Shown here: piece after piece, positions 24,831 to 38,090 of the stretch
Numbering within the stretch: the stretch's first letter is position 1
Layout: each line of letters starts with the position of its first letter
DNA from: Callorhinchus milii
Lineage: Eukaryota
Reading direction: 5' to 3'
Assembly (NCBI RefSeq): GCF_018977255.1
Contig: NW_024704744.1
Location: 56,296,001-56,360,000, forward strand
Length of the DNA: 64,000 nt
Notes under the pieces: generated by a model
Databases searched by the model: none
What the model was told of the DNA's origin: nothing
The model's input: only the letters and a program-made list of their open reading frames with translations
Translations under genes and position numbers: made by a program

Positions 24831-25414
24831 AATTTGTGAATGGAAGCAGCATCTTTCTTTCCAACAAATAAACAAGACTATCCTGTAGGTACAACTAGAA
24901 CCAAAAGTTTCCAAGAGTGCAGGCTCAGAATCCTAGGCACACATAGAATGGTTCAGGAAGGGAGAAAGATGAGACATGATCCTGGTCTTTTAAGTACTGA
25001 GATATAGAGAATGTAGATTTATCGGTCTGTTTGACTTAACTGTGAACACAGAATTAGAACAGAGCAGTTTCAATAAATAAAGGCTTAGGCAAGACTGACT
25101 TTCTCTTCCCGTCCCACCTCCAACATTCAAAACATAGTGGATTCATGAAACATATTTGGTAAGAACCTCTTTCATTTCTAAATGGCTACCCTTACTTGAT
25201 GCCTGAATACAGCAGCATATTTAGTGTCAATGAGGGATAATTTTTGCTATCTCAATTTAAACAGTTTTAGGCTATGAGGACTCATTTTACTATAAAGGAG
25301 GCAGTAAAAAAAGGAATCTTGCATCTCATTGACCCAGGTCTTAGTGTTGATGGAGCATCACCCGGTCCACTGTGCAGCTTCCGTTTGATTCAGTTTAACT
25401 AATGGCTGCTTTAC

Positions 25415-25514
25415 CTTTGCAGGCGCTGATCATCTGCAGAACCATCTCGGCTGCCCCTCGGTCATGAAGCCTCGCTTGCTGATACAGGAGCTTTTGTTTC
25501 TCCATTTCCTTTTC
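25415..25514 (-). CDS. RYR2: RYR2 exon ~81 (100 nt) [33 protein letters not shown]
   Basis: tag/GTAAAG; peptide match. Confidence 0.95.
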
Positions 25515-26467
25515 CTAAATGCAAAAAACCAAAAGAAATGTGTGAATAGAAGCAGCATCTTTCTTTCCAACAAAGCATTTTTCTTTTGATGCTGCAGTTG
25601 CCTGCAGCCTAGAGCGCTACGCTAACTTCTCAGGCCATGCACATTTGAGGCCTAACATTGGAATTTCTAAAGTAATACAGCTCTTCGGTTACCTGTGTAC
25701 AGCCCGTCAGCAAGATGCTGACAAAAGAGGTCATGGCATCTGCCCAACCGTTGTTTGGAATAGTTACTGGTTTCTTCAACCATCTTGAAACTGCCCATTC
25801 AAGCTTAAGTATTCTTTTTTGGGCTCTGTTTCAAAACTATGGAAATAAATGAAACCCTTTTTTTTCCAACATTAACCTCAAGCTCCCCTCATAGATGTGT
25901 GCAGCCTCTCCTTGGGATGGCTTTGCATTTTACAAATTAGATTTACAAAGAATGAATAGCATGGAAACAGGCCATTTAGCCCTAACAATACCTATGTTCA
26001 TATTCCGCATAAGTCACTTTTTTTTTAAAAAAAAGTTTTCACAGAGTGGAACAAAAAGATGTTCTCTTTCCTTCTACAATCGTTGCTGGAGGTGCTGCCA
26101 TAGGACACTTTCCCAAATAAATAACCAGTGCCCTTTTTTCCTAAATTTTTCACCTCCAAAATTGCTCCTCTCCCCTCCCTTCCACCATCACCAAATCAAT
26201 GTTCCACATCCTACTCACACCTTCCACCATCTTTCCCAAATAGTCATTATTTCGAGTTTCAACAAGACAAATCACTGGGTATCACATCCAAACTCAGTCT
26301 TGTCCTCACCTGATACCCAAGCATACACATCCCAGCAGGAGTCTCTAATTAGTGATTATGAGCAGGAATGTTGACTAAGTTTTCTTCTCTCCTAAGGCCA
26401 GGGCATTGATACTAACAGCTGTCTTGGTTGAGATCTACAAAACCAATGGTGGCCAACCTTCCTAATA

Positions 26468-26562
26468 GTAAGGAAACCTGCCTAAGGTGTTGCCCTACCC
26501 AGGAATTGAACCCGGGTTCTCTCGCTTGCGAGGTGAGTGCTGTAACCACTATACTACAGGCC
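26468..26562 (-). mobile_element. Isolated tRNA-derived SINE head
   Basis: GGCCTGTAGTATAGTGGTTACAGCACTCACCTCGCAAGCGAGAGAACCCGGGTTCAATTCC followed by SINE body ggcaggtttccttact. Confidence 0.7.
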
Positions 26563-27718
26563 ACCACCGTACTAAACTATCTGGTCTGAATGGCTTCTGG
26601 CTTCTCCAGTGGGTACCTTTACCCACTAAGCTATTTAAGGGGCTCATTGGCCTTTTTAAATTTGCTGCAACCCTCCAATCACTAGCAGTCTGGTTCACAG
26701 CTTCTAGTGCACTTGTTTCAGTTTTTGTAGTCCTTCCTTGTGTAAATATCACTTCACCGACAGTACAACAAATATTTATCATTACTTAGAAAGTGTGAAT
26801 GAAAGAGGTCCCAAATGTACTTGAACCTGCATGATACTTTCTGTATTTTTCAAATTCCACCCTCCTCCCCTATACAAACATGGATCCATATTTCTGAGGA
26901 CAAACTCCTCAATTCAGGGCAACTTTGGAAGAAAACCTGGTTTAAGCATTCAACTGAACAAAGACAATGCAAGTGCATCCCCAAGTGTTCCAGACAGTAC
27001 CAGTAAGATGTGTAACTGTGGGTAACTCTTCTGGCAGACTTTCAAAGCCAGGGAGTTTGTATGTGGCAGCAGTCATAATTTCTGACAGTTTTGGAACTCA
27101 CTAGCCAACCAAAAGGAGGATACCACAGGTAGGGCAGCGCCACAATAGCAATAGAAGGAGGTTCAGAGCCCTGCAAAGGAAGGGTTGGGCGTTCGATGGT
27201 GCAGCTCAAAGCTGGGAGAGGAAACAATTAAATCCGCATCATGTCCAGACAAAAAGAAGATTTTGAAGACATGTGTGGCTTTTATGAGGGGAGCAGCAGC
27301 AGCTAAAGCAACCGCCATGAAAGTGGCTTTGCTGCCTAATATTCTAATCAAAACTACTCAAAGGCACATAGGAGGAACTAAAAATTTGGATGGAAGAGGT
27401 TAAAAAANTGAAGGCTTCTATTACAAAGCATATGATAAAAACACAGCACAAACGAAGAAATAGGTTAGGAAGAAAATGAAAATCATTGGAAGTGCCGCAG
27501 ATGAAACTTAACACAGACAATTAGCATTTTGGTTTTCATCTTTTCATTTTTCGTTTTACCAGTGACGTTTCCCAGAAGCTGCCAAATTTGTTTCGCAAAT
27601 CTTTGATTATATCACGCTGCAAAAACAAAATTAATCAGTTTTCGTCATTTTCACGGAGCGTGGAAAAACTCTTAAGCCTGGAAGTAGAAATGTGGCAAAT
27701 CTAAAATGGCAGCAGAAA

Positions 27719-27745
27719 GTGTGTGTGTGAGAGAGAGAGAGAGAG
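27719..27745. repeat. (GT)n(GA)n compound microsatellite
   Basis: gtgtgtgtgtgagagagagagagagag. Confidence 0.9.
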
Positions 27746-28938
27746 CAGCCTTGCTTTACTTAGCCATGCGCAAGTCTGACAGTTTTGCCTTCATTTTCAA
27801 CCTCTTCCTTAGTAATTGCACAGTGAAAGAAAAGAAAATTCTGTCAGTTCAGTGGTAATCATTGTTAAAGCCGCAGCATTTTTTCTATGACCTTGACAGG
27901 ATGGATCCTACACTTTTCCCCACTTTTTATATTTTCTTCCCTCCCCATTCTTTCAATCCCTTATCTATAATGCTCCTCTCAGACCAGCAACTAGGAAGTG
28001 GCTGAGAGAGGCCCAAGTTGTTTGTGGGACACTGCTGTGTGCAATTGGCTGCTGTGTTTCGCTCACAAAATATACAGTCAATTCACTTTACAGTGTATTC
28101 TTTGGGGCTTGTGGAAAGGGAGTGGGAGCATTGACAAATGAAGCTGAAGTGATAAGAGTGCCTGATTTCCATTAACATCCTTCCCTATATTCACTCGGGC
28201 ACTCTCATGGTTGGAATTTGTGTTCAACAAACCCTACAGCTCACTGCTCCTTAGGGTGGTACTCTGTGTCCCCCAATCACCCACCAATCCATATTCTACA
28301 AAGTGGAAGAATTTGGAAACCACTTGTGGAGTTTATTTCTTTCTGAAAGGATATTTTATCTGTGTTTGAAACCTATCCTGCCCAGGTCAAAAAGGGGATA
28401 CAGCAACTTTAAGAACACTAAACAAAGGACCTGAGATATCACAGTGATTTCAGTTGAAAGCATGCAGACTCGGACAATTAGATTACACCTTGTCAGAAGT
28501 TCAAACCATTACTGACTGTACTCTGATGCTCATTGTCTAGTCAGCTCTAGTTTTATGACAGGTTTCATTGGTATCCAAGGAATGTCAGGCTACAACCGTA
28601 TAAAACAAAGCACAAGGGATTCTGGAATCTGCAAGGATGTAATCTAATGACAAGAATGAACCCAAAGCTTCTCCATTATGGTGGATGTCGGCATTTGGAG
28701 GACCTGTTTTAATACACGTGGATGGCTAGCGACCAAATCAATACTGCTATCCACATCCCACACTGTTCATTGTTGTTGTGTATGATTATTGCTGAAATTA
28801 AAGATATTCAACTTAATGTAAGCAATATGAGAAAGCTCAAAGCACACTACACTAAGCAAAGACGTCTAGAAAGGAAAATCATTTTAGACATCAAAGCTAT
28901 AAAGGTAATCTGCGTAAAGATTACTGGCAAGAACTTAC

Positions 28939-28992
28939 TTCAAAGCTTTTGACTTCTTCCTCACCATCTTCATCTTCTTCAACGTGACAGCT
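28939..28992 (-). CDS. RYR2: RYR2 exon ~80 (54 nt) SCHVEEDEDGEEEVKSFE
   Basis: tag/GTAAGT; peptide match. Confidence 0.95.
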
Positions 28993-29429
28993 CTAGGGGA
29001 GAAGAAGTGCAGATGTGTCACTAAAATATTCTAGATAACTATGACCTGGTACGAGAAAATGGAACTGAACCATCAGACTTCCCAAGGAAAATGCCAGATG
29101 TAATAATCTGTTGATTAAATAGTTCAGTTCATTACCCATCCTAAGGGGGTTGATGAAAGTAATATTCTTTTCTCAGAAATTGGGAGAGTTTACATGAGGG
29201 CATCAATCCACTGGATTTGTGGCCTTGCCGAAAATTGTTCTCCATTTATTTCTTGTGCACTGAGAAAATTTACTTTTGTGCATCAATCTGAGGCTAAACA
29301 TGGCTAAATATCAGATCGTAGAGCAGGTAATAGTATAGAAGAATAATCCAGTGCAGAATACAAATAATTTCAGCTATTGAAAGGGTTGGCTTAATACTCT
29401 GCTTCCATCTCTCCACTTCATCCCTAACT

Positions 29430-29865
29430 CCATCTACTGTTAAATCCAACCTTAAAGTCTACCTCTTTAACCATGCCTGTGGTCCCCTCCACCTTGCTCC
29501 TCCCTTCCTCTGTGACCTCCTAATCCCTTCCAACCTGTCCAATCCATCCGGCCTGCTTCACATCCCTCGCCTTGCCCAACCCACCATTGTCGGGCAGGCC
29601 TTCAGCCTCTCTACCCCCACCCTCTGGAACTCCATTCCACAGTCCTTTCGTCTCGCCCCCTCCCTTGACTCCTTCAATACCTGTCTCAAGACCCTCCTTT
29701 TTGACTGAGCCTTCGGTCACCCTCTTACCCCTACCCTCCCTGCCCTCCACCGCTCCTGATCCCAACCACTAGCTTGGGTGCGGATCCGACTGTCCAGCGA
29801 CTTGGGATGTCGTTCTGACATGAAAGGTACTGTACAAATGTAATTTGTTGCTTATTGTTGTTGTT
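29430..29865 (+). mobile_element. L2 3' fragments
   Basis: ccaccctctggaactccattcc...ctcaagaccctcctttttgact...tgtacaaatgtaatttgttg. Confidence 0.8.
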
Positions 29866-30303
29866 CTCCAATCCCAGCACTGGGAAGAGCTCAGAGATGT
29901 TATCCTATGCAACTGGCACTGTATAAATGAAGTTGTTGTCGTCGTAAACTGGATGGAGGGACCAATGGTCAAAAACTGTTACTATCTTTTTAAACCATTT
30001 ATTAACATTATGGTACATTACAAGTTATTAATCATGTATTTAACAACCACTAGATTTAAAAATATCTTCTTATTACCAGAGCAAAGTGATGCAATACAAA
30101 AGCTTTTGACTGCATGAGGAAAACTGGTTTGTAAAACAAAATAATGGGCTGAGTTCCTCCTACTCATATGTACAAAGGCATGGTTCTGTGGTTTATGATA
30201 AAGGAACATGCACAATTTTATTAAACAATTTTAATCTTAAAAAACAGAACTCATGTTTTAACAGTTATAATTGGTATTAGTCATCTATCAATACAACCGT
30301 TAC

Positions 30304-30355
30304 CTGAGCCATAATGTCAGCATAAGCCATATAGAGAAAATCTTCTTCCAGTTTA
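30304..30355 (-). CDS. RYR2: RYR2 exon ~79 (52 nt) CKLEEDFLYMAYADIMAQ
   Basis: cag/GTAACG; peptide match. Confidence 0.95.
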
Positions 30356-31587
30356 CTGCAGAGAATAAATTTAAGAGCGGATTAGCAGATGGCAAATTAC
30401 GGTACTAACTTCAAGAGAAAAAGAGCACTGGCTTAGGCTATTCCACATATGCCCCATAATAAGACTTGTGAGGGACATAAAGTCCACAAGCTTACAAGAG
30501 ATTTGGATGAAAAAGAATACTTAGCACATTTAATATCATCAAAATGAATACTAGCGCAGATGCCAAGCCCGAACTGTCCTTCCAACATAAAAGGTGCTAT
30601 TTTAATGTAAATTTGCATTATATTGTACTAGCCTAACCATCTACCTAGCATAACATAATGGCTTATGAAATAATGAGTTCCTATCTCAGCAATGCCATGG
30701 GAGATAGCTGATCATGACAGGTTCTTTCACATGGAACAGATACAAGGATCACAAAGCAAGTAATTATCGGTCATTCTCATATGCTCACATGCTTCTCCGT
30801 CATCAACATAGACAAAGGCTTGAAAGCAGATCATCAGCACACTCTCTCAGACTCTCATAGGCTCAATATATACACAAAACTGAACACAATTTTTCAAGAA
30901 TTAAAAGGCTTCCAAACTGAACACCGCAAATAAATCTAAGTATGAATGAATGAAACTAAAGCACAAACATAAAGTTATTGCAGCAGTATTAATATTAATA
31001 AGCATGGAGTGTATTAAAACAGGTCAAAATCTAATTGCTGACATCCATTAAACCCCATTTTTATAAACAGTCCTGGTTCTTGGTAAAAACATCTTCCCCT
31101 CAATATTAAAAGCAGCTTTCTACAGGTTACAATCCAGAGAAAATGAAACAAAATACCTAAATCAAACAAATGGGAGTCATGATAACCTCATAAGTGATTG
31201 GATTTGTGACGTTTATATTAGGATTTTGAAATAAACTGTTTAAAATATTATTGTAACTTTCTAAAGCAAGAAAATCAGGTCAATCTTCTCTTAAGATGGG
31301 TCAGTCATTATAATACAACTTTAACCTCCACTGTTAAGAGCTCTGGGGTGTTACCTTGCCCAAGTGTCACTATATAAATGCAAGTTGTTCATGACAGCTC
31401 TTCACACAGAGCTGGTAATACAATAAAATAATTTTTTGCTTCAATATGTTATCGAACAAACTACATTAAATCTCGTCTCCAAGCTGGGGATTTCTACACG
31501 ATAACTGCACTGACAAAGTGACTACTGACTGCTCGAGTTTGAACAGAGCACTCTCATCATACAGAACCACTGTTCTGTTGCACTTAC

Positions 31588-31694
31588 CATTTCTCAGTCA
31601 AAGCCGTGCGACTGAAAAGCAGAATGAGTTGGTGAAGAGGGTCAAGTCGTTTGGTTCCCTCCTCTTCCTCTGCTGGCGCTTTCCCACCTGGTTT
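31588..31694 (-). CDS. RYR2: RYR2 exon ~78 (107 nt) [35 protein letters not shown]
   Basis: cag/GTAAGT; peptide match. Confidence 0.95.
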
Positions 31695-32235
31695 CTGAGC
31701 AAACAAACAGAGGATTTATACAGACATAGCTTTTCTGCACAAAAAATACTTACTGGAGTTTGCAGCCGAATAATTTAAAATCGTTTGCACCAGTTCATCA
31801 GAGAATGCAGAAAAATTTAATATCTGTGAAAACAACATTTATCTCACATCAACTCCATTCAACTGACTAATACAGTATTATCGAATTATAACACGATATT
31901 TGCGATCCATAGATTCCTAATGAGGCACATCATTGGGTTTCACTGCATACTGGCTTGGTCGGTTCCTGAGAGTTAACTATTATGAAGTGACGCAGGTGGT
32001 ATCTTGATTGTCTGGAAGTGGGTTTGGAAGCTAGAATGGCCGACTTACAGGTTGTTACCCACATCACTTCCTGCTTTGCTCATTACAGCAGGAAACGGCA
32101 ACTTGACTCAGAAGTCAGCAATTTAGTGCAAATGCTGACCAGCAGAAGTGAGTAGGCTGGCTACACCAAGAGTGAGTGGGGCGAAGGGGTTTGGACTGCA
32201 GCCATATTATAATCAAACATGTGTTACAAAGTGCA

Positions 32236-32410
32236 TTATAATAATAATCCTTGCATTTGACACAGCACCTTATCACGCCTTTGAGACATCTCAAAACTCT
32301 TAACGGAATATACTGGAAAGTGAATTGACCGTATATGTTTGTGGGCGAAACACGGCAACCAATTGCGCACAGCAGTGATCCACAAACAGGCGTGGATTGA
32401 GTGACCAAAT
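32236..32410 (-). mobile_element. SINE 3' half
   Basis: Family tail and Deu-like body. Confidence 0.8.
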
Positions 32411-32664
32411 AGGTAGGGTGGGAGGGTGAGATCATGGGCCAATGGGACTTTTCATCTACAATATGTATATAATATATATATTTTTATAATTAGCTGCACC
32501 AGGTGCAGTTTTGCTTGCAACCAAAGGATCCAACTTCGAATGTAGATTGACACACACACAGACACACATTTCATCTTTATCTATACTCATCTGGGAGGAA
32601 TCCTGTGGGAGGACTTCTTTTGGGAGGATTCGGCGCTTTAAAAATGTAATTTTGTTGTTGTTGC

Positions 32665-32992
32665 CTCTTGGCTACGTGCAGGATGCTAAAGCGCCACGGT
32701 CAGCTGACGCGGCCACGAGGTGCAAGTGCAGTGGGTGCTTACATACGTGCTCTGTGACGCAATATGACACAGCGCCAGCACTTTGCCTCGGCAGCCACCA
32801 GGTGTAACTACAGCGAAAAACGCAAAACTGAAAATAACTCACGAACGATAGGAGATACCCAAAAACAAATATGCCCATGTCACTCCCAGTTTCAAGAGCT
32901 TTCCGACAAGGTACAAATCATGTCTCAATGTCAACTGGTTATTGAGATCTTTCTTGAAACGCAAACAGAAATTGTTGTTTTACTAGTATAAT
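32665..32992 (-). mobile_element. Possible non-autonomous Helitron-like fragment
   Basis: Minus strand begins tattatactagtaaaacaacaatttctgtttgcgtt...gatctcaataacc...tcggaaagctcttga, reminiscent of Helitron-N 5' regions; CpG-rich relative to its flanks; pattern recognition only. Confidence 0.3.
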
Positions 32993-32998
32993 AAAAAG

Positions 32999-33362
32999 AT
33001 AATAATCCTTGCATTTGATATAACACTTTTCACATCTTCTAGACGTCTTAAAGCGCTTCACAGAATATACCGTTAGGTGAATTGACTGTATATTTGTAGG
33101 CAAAACTCAGCAGGCAATTGCGCACAGAGGTGTCCCACAAACAGTCATGGAATGAGTGACTAAATTATTATTGTTTTTTTTGAAGGATTATTATCCCCGG
33201 AAAAGCGATTCCACAATCGACTAACAACCGGGTTCCTACTTACTGCTGGTAAACAGAGGCATTGGAATAAGGAAACTTGCCCAACATTTCACCCTGCCGG
33301 GAATCAAACCCAGGTCCCTTGCTTGCAAGGCAAGTGCTCTAACCACTGAGCTTAAGGACTCC
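32999..33362 (-). mobile_element. tRNA-derived SINE, full length
   Basis: GGAGTCCTTAAGCTCAGTGGTTAGAGC head; colinear with the 1698-2066 copy. Confidence 0.85.
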
Positions 33363-34274
33363 ACATCTAAGCCTCTGATGGAGATACACTGAATATGCAG
33401 AGTTATTCTATTAACACATCCTAACATAATGTTAAGAAATTGACCAAATTTTATACTAGGGTCATGATGCCATTTCAACCTCTCTGTGTGTTACTGTCTT
33501 TCCTATTCACTGAAGATGAGAACAATAGCAAAAACATGAAGTCAAGAAAAGAGAATCAAGGCGGAGGGATTAAGGCATGGGGTTTCAGCGATTCCACAGG
33601 TCCACACGGCCTTCAGTGTTGGAGCAGAGGTGGCAATGGATGTGCAGAAGAGAGTACTAAGGTTAATACAATAAAGGTGTTCAAGACAATGAAGTTGTTT
33701 CAGAGGATGGATGCTGAGGAACTATTTCTGTTGGTAAGTGATTTGAAGCAAGAGAGCGTGATTTATTATTACTGGGAGCATGAAAGGGAATTTGGGTGAA
33801 AAAATAGTAATCTGAAAAAAGCTTGTTGATGGTTAGAAATTTACAGCACAGAAGACAGCGATTTGGCCCATCATGTTGTTGCTGGCTCTTTTAAGACAAA
33901 TCTCTTCAGTCCCTTTTTCCTGCACTTTCCTTATACCCCTGTACATTAATATGAGGAATAGTTCGCCCAGTGGTAAAGTGAAAGCATTGGCATCAAGTCA
34001 AAAAATAGTTCCCTATGATACGCCTATAGTTTTTCTCTTGGTCAAATACACAACAGGAGAACCCATTATAAATCACCATTTGAAGCCATAAACCCAAACA
34101 TCATATTATAACAGGGCATGAAACAAAAATGGCCACCACTGGCATCACTTCCTGCATGGCAGATGGCTTTCTCTGCGAGTCCAACAGGTAGGAAAGCTTC
34201 CAACAGATGAGGTGCATTATTGTAGGATTGTCCAGTATTAAGTTTTACCGAACAAACAGCTGAGTGCAACTCAC

Positions 34275-34371
34275 AGCTATATCTTCTATCAGCTTGTCTT
34301 CAAAATAGTGATCCTCAGTCTCAATCCAGGATTTCTCATAGCCTTGAAGGAAGAGATTGACAGCTCGGTGC
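34275..34371 (-). CDS. RYR2: RYR2 exon ~77 (97 nt) HRAVNLFLQGYEKSWIETEDHYFEDKLIEDIA
   Basis: cag/GTGAGT; peptide match. Confidence 0.95.
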
Positions 34372-36056
34372 CTGAAGACAAGATACATGAATGACATTCA
34401 GAACAAATTTATTAGCTTTGTTCATTATAGCCCACAACCAGCATAATGTTGTGTTACATCCAGCATAATGTTAAACTAGTTAGGCAAATGAAATGTTGCT
34501 ATGTGGAGCTGAGCTATAGCCTTGTCAGAGTCCCTGCTATCTGCTTTAATAATATCTCATATAATTTCTTACCTCAGGGAAGCATCTTATCTGCCTCAAC
34601 CTGATTTGGGCCTTTTTAATAATAAAATGGCAATTTTTTAACACCAGAATAGATTGGCTACGAGGCTCAAGTTTAAATTTATGTTAATACATGCATGTGT
34701 TTATCATTTCCACATTCATTTTTATAAGAACGTTGTTCAGCATAGAAACTTTCAACCCGTCTTACCTTTTAGTTTGGTCAGCCGGGTGCCTGAAACAGAA
34801 ATCCATCACCACGTTTACGAGTACCCAAACCACACAGAGTTCCATGCATGGTACATGCATGGAAATTCCTGTGTAATGGAGTGTGCACTCTCTCCCAAGA
34901 GGGACACCCTCTGCTTACCTAATTCCAGAGAGTATGAGGCACAGGTTGGCAAGTTGGGGTACTAGTGGAATTATCCAGCTAAAACCACATAACTTGCTAT
35001 TGAGAGCACTGGCTGGTAAGCTTCCTGCTAATTGTCCAACTGGGTCCACCTGCCCATGAGGGCTTTGGCTTGCAGAATTAACAGGAACAGAGTGGGAAGA
35101 ATCCCTGCCCACTGACTAATCTGACCCTCCAAGTCCTACCGATGAGCCAGGTTGGTTGTTTTGTCATCAGCAGTGCCCTGGAGTACCACAGACCCACTTG
35201 GCTCAGGAACCAAACTACCAAGACCACCACAGAGGGTTGAATCAATGATTCTCTGTCCTTAAGATAGGTCTTAAGACAAGTTTTACAGGTGGAGAGGAAG
35301 GTACAGCAAATTAGAGGCATTCCACAATGGAGTTCAAGAGAGCGAAGACAGAATGGTTGAAAGGTCACCTGTCGATGGTGGAATGGATCAAACGGAGGAC
35401 GTGAAGCAGGCCAGTATTTGGTGAGAGAAGGGAGGGGCCTGGAGGGGAGGTAGAATTGCAGATACTGTACTTCCAAATTTTTGTGTATTACAATTGGCCT
35501 CATAGAAAATGACATTCCTCCCAAAAATCATTCAGTTCACCATTAGATATCAGAATCAAAGAATTTGTGCCAATTTTTAAAGTTGCTACATTTAGAATAC
35601 TGTGTTTCTCATCCCATTCATGCTTCCTTGTCATTTTGTTTCTTGTTGAAACTTCAATGAAATGTGCTGGCTGTGATCTGCACACATTAGAGTTGTGACT
35701 ACCGAGGAAGAAGGCTGTCCTTTGTGGGGTATGGAAAACATTCTTTCTTGGTGCTTTGTTAGCAACGCTGCATATTTAGTGGCTGTGCTCAGGAGTACTA
35801 AGTACATATCACATTATAATTATACCACTAATAATCATTGCATTTGATATCGCACCTTTCACGTCAGGTCAACATGTCAAAGTGCTTCACAGGATTTTAC
35901 CGGAAAGCGCAGTTATTGTATTTTGAGACAACCAATTTGCATATGGCAATCTCCCCAAAACAGCCTTGAAGTGAATAACTGATTATTGGTCAATGTACAC
36001 GGCTGATTTCTAACTGCTAATGTGAGGCTGAGGAAGGAAAACTATGGAGTTCATAC

Positions 36057-36169
36057 CGTGGCAGGTTGTACAGTGGTGCCATCCTGAAGCAGGCAACCAC
36101 TGCTCGCTTCCTCTGCTTGGATAGTAGCTTATGCCACACAGCTTTCTTAGATCTCTGAGGATGTTCAAC
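36057..36169 (-). CDS. RYR2: RYR2 exon ~76 (113 nt) [37 protein letters not shown], calmodulin-binding domain
   Basis: tag/GTATGA; canonical RyR CaM-binding peptide. Confidence 0.96.
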
Positions 36170-37156
36170 CTAAACCAAGGAATATGGATGGAACAGACAG
36201 CTTTATCGTTGTAATTCTTGTGAGTTTCTTTTGACTGAAAATCCAATCATTTGAAATGTGAATTTCCCCCTCCTCTCTCGCAGTGCTGAATCATGTTAGA
36301 ATAGTCTTTCATGGATGCTGACTGCCCTCTGATAGCTTGTTCAAATGGTCATTATTCCTCTGCGAGCCTCAACATTGCGTGTTGAGCTACTTGACATGAG
36401 GAAGACATTAGCTGTGATTCCAATTCCAGCCACAGTTCACGGACACACATACACTTTCTTGCAAGATTTCTAGATAGAGATGAAGAGTAGGAACACTGGT
36501 GGATTTTCCCTTCCCTATCCCACGGCTTGAAGGTCGGTTATCAAATTCCCCTTATGACTGATCCAGCTGAAATTAGCTAACTCTGTACGGTATATTAAAC
36601 AAACTGGGACATCCTGACCCAATGGCATTAACCAACTGAGTCACCAAGGCGATCCCATCTGCAGATATTGCCTAATTCAGGAGGTGTATTTAGCCCATTA
36701 AAATCAGACTGAGTCCACATAAGACAATGAACTCTGAGATTACCATCAAAAGGCTCAAAGCTAGAATTCACAATGCATATTTGGCTCATATCTTTAGTTT
36801 AACTCTGCACTGAATCTCCATTGGAAATTTAGCTTCTTAATTTTAATTAAACAAACTGTTTAATTTTCCTAAAGTACTTCCTTTAGATTAACAATTATCT
36901 ATTTTTCTACTGACGTTAAGCCCTGTATTACTGCTGCACTAGCATATCTGACTAAAATTAGAGAAAGAACAAGTGAGTATGAATTAAACTCTCTCTTGAC
37001 TTAAAGGAACCTCACAATTCCAATTCCCCAGTAACTCAGAGAAGGACAACAAAACAAGACAGTGTAACTGAAGTCGAGAAGCATGTGGCTCTGGGAAGAG
37101 AGTGGATTTGAGAATGTGGTGAGAAGTCAAGTAGCTGGGGTTACGATACATTAAAT

Positions 37157-38005
37157 AACAACAACAAAATTACATTTTTTTAAAGCGCCTTTCATATCAG
37201 GAGGGCGTCCCAAGGCGCTGGATAGACAGAGTTACGGACCCGAGGGTCCTGGGTGGGGGGAGGGCAGAGGGGGAAGCAAGGAGATCGAAAGCATGGTCGA
37301 AGAGGAGGGTCTTCAGGTGGGTCTTGAAGGTGGCAAGGGAGGGGGCAAGAGGGAGGAACTGCGGGATGGAGTTCCAGAGAGTTGGTGCAGAGTGGCGGAA
37401 GGCCCACCTGCCGATAGTGGGACAAGCAAGGCGGGGGACGTGAAGCAGGCCGGAGCCCGCTGAGCGGAGGGAGCGAACAGGGTGTTAGGGGGATAGGAGG
37501 TCGGAGAGGTAGAGGGGAGCAAGACCGTGGAGGACTTTGAAGGTGAGGACCAGGATCTTGAACTGTATACTCTGTGTGATAGGAAGTCAGTGGAGTTGGG
37601 TGAGGATGGGAGTGATAGGGTCGCGGAGCCTAGTGCGGGAGAGGACACAGGCTGCAGAGTTCTGGATGATCTGCAGCCTGTGGAGGGAGGAGTTGGGGAG
37701 GCCGACAAGCACTGAGTTTGCATAGTCGAGCCTCGATGTAATGAAGGCATGTATGAGGGTTTCAGCGGCCTGCGGTGTGAGACAGTGGTGGAGCCGGGCG
37801 ATGGTACAGAGGTGGGGGAAGGCAGAACGGGTCATGGCGCAGATGTGGGGTAGAAAAGATAGTTGAGGGTCAAACAAGACGCCAAGGTTCTGGACTGGCT
37901 TAGTAAGGTGGAGTGTGCAACCATGGACGGTGATGCTGTCAGCACCTGAGGTGTGGAGGCGCTGACGGGAGCCAATCAGGAGGGCCTCGGTCTTGTTGAC
38001 GTTCA
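37157..38005 (-). mobile_element. 5'-truncated L2 LINE, same family as 21686-24830
   Basis: ORF 37587-38006 NKTEALLIG...NLGVLFD...[15 protein letters not shown], near-identical to 22022-22440. Confidence 0.92.
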
Positions 38006-38090
38006 AATGAAGAAATAAGCTTCAACTTGTTGAATGTAATGACCTTCTCCAATCCTATGAATATATATTCTCAAAGTAAAGAACACTAAC

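Noticed and set aside
25515-25720. Counterpart of the mammalian 24-nt VTGSQRSK insert before exon 81; exon-like 25-mer at 25693-25717
   Set aside because: No AG 24 nt upstream of exon 81; the 25-nt unit shifts the frame and has no similarity
36440-36480. tag|AAATCTTGCAAGAAA (KSCKK) as a possible exon 75
   Set aside because: Hits a stop before 36 nt and lies in what looks like a common dispersed repeat
36875-36925. GGAAGT non-canonical-donor-like site as a possible exon 75 end
   Set aside because: The upstream sequence gives no open 36-nt exon with an acceptor
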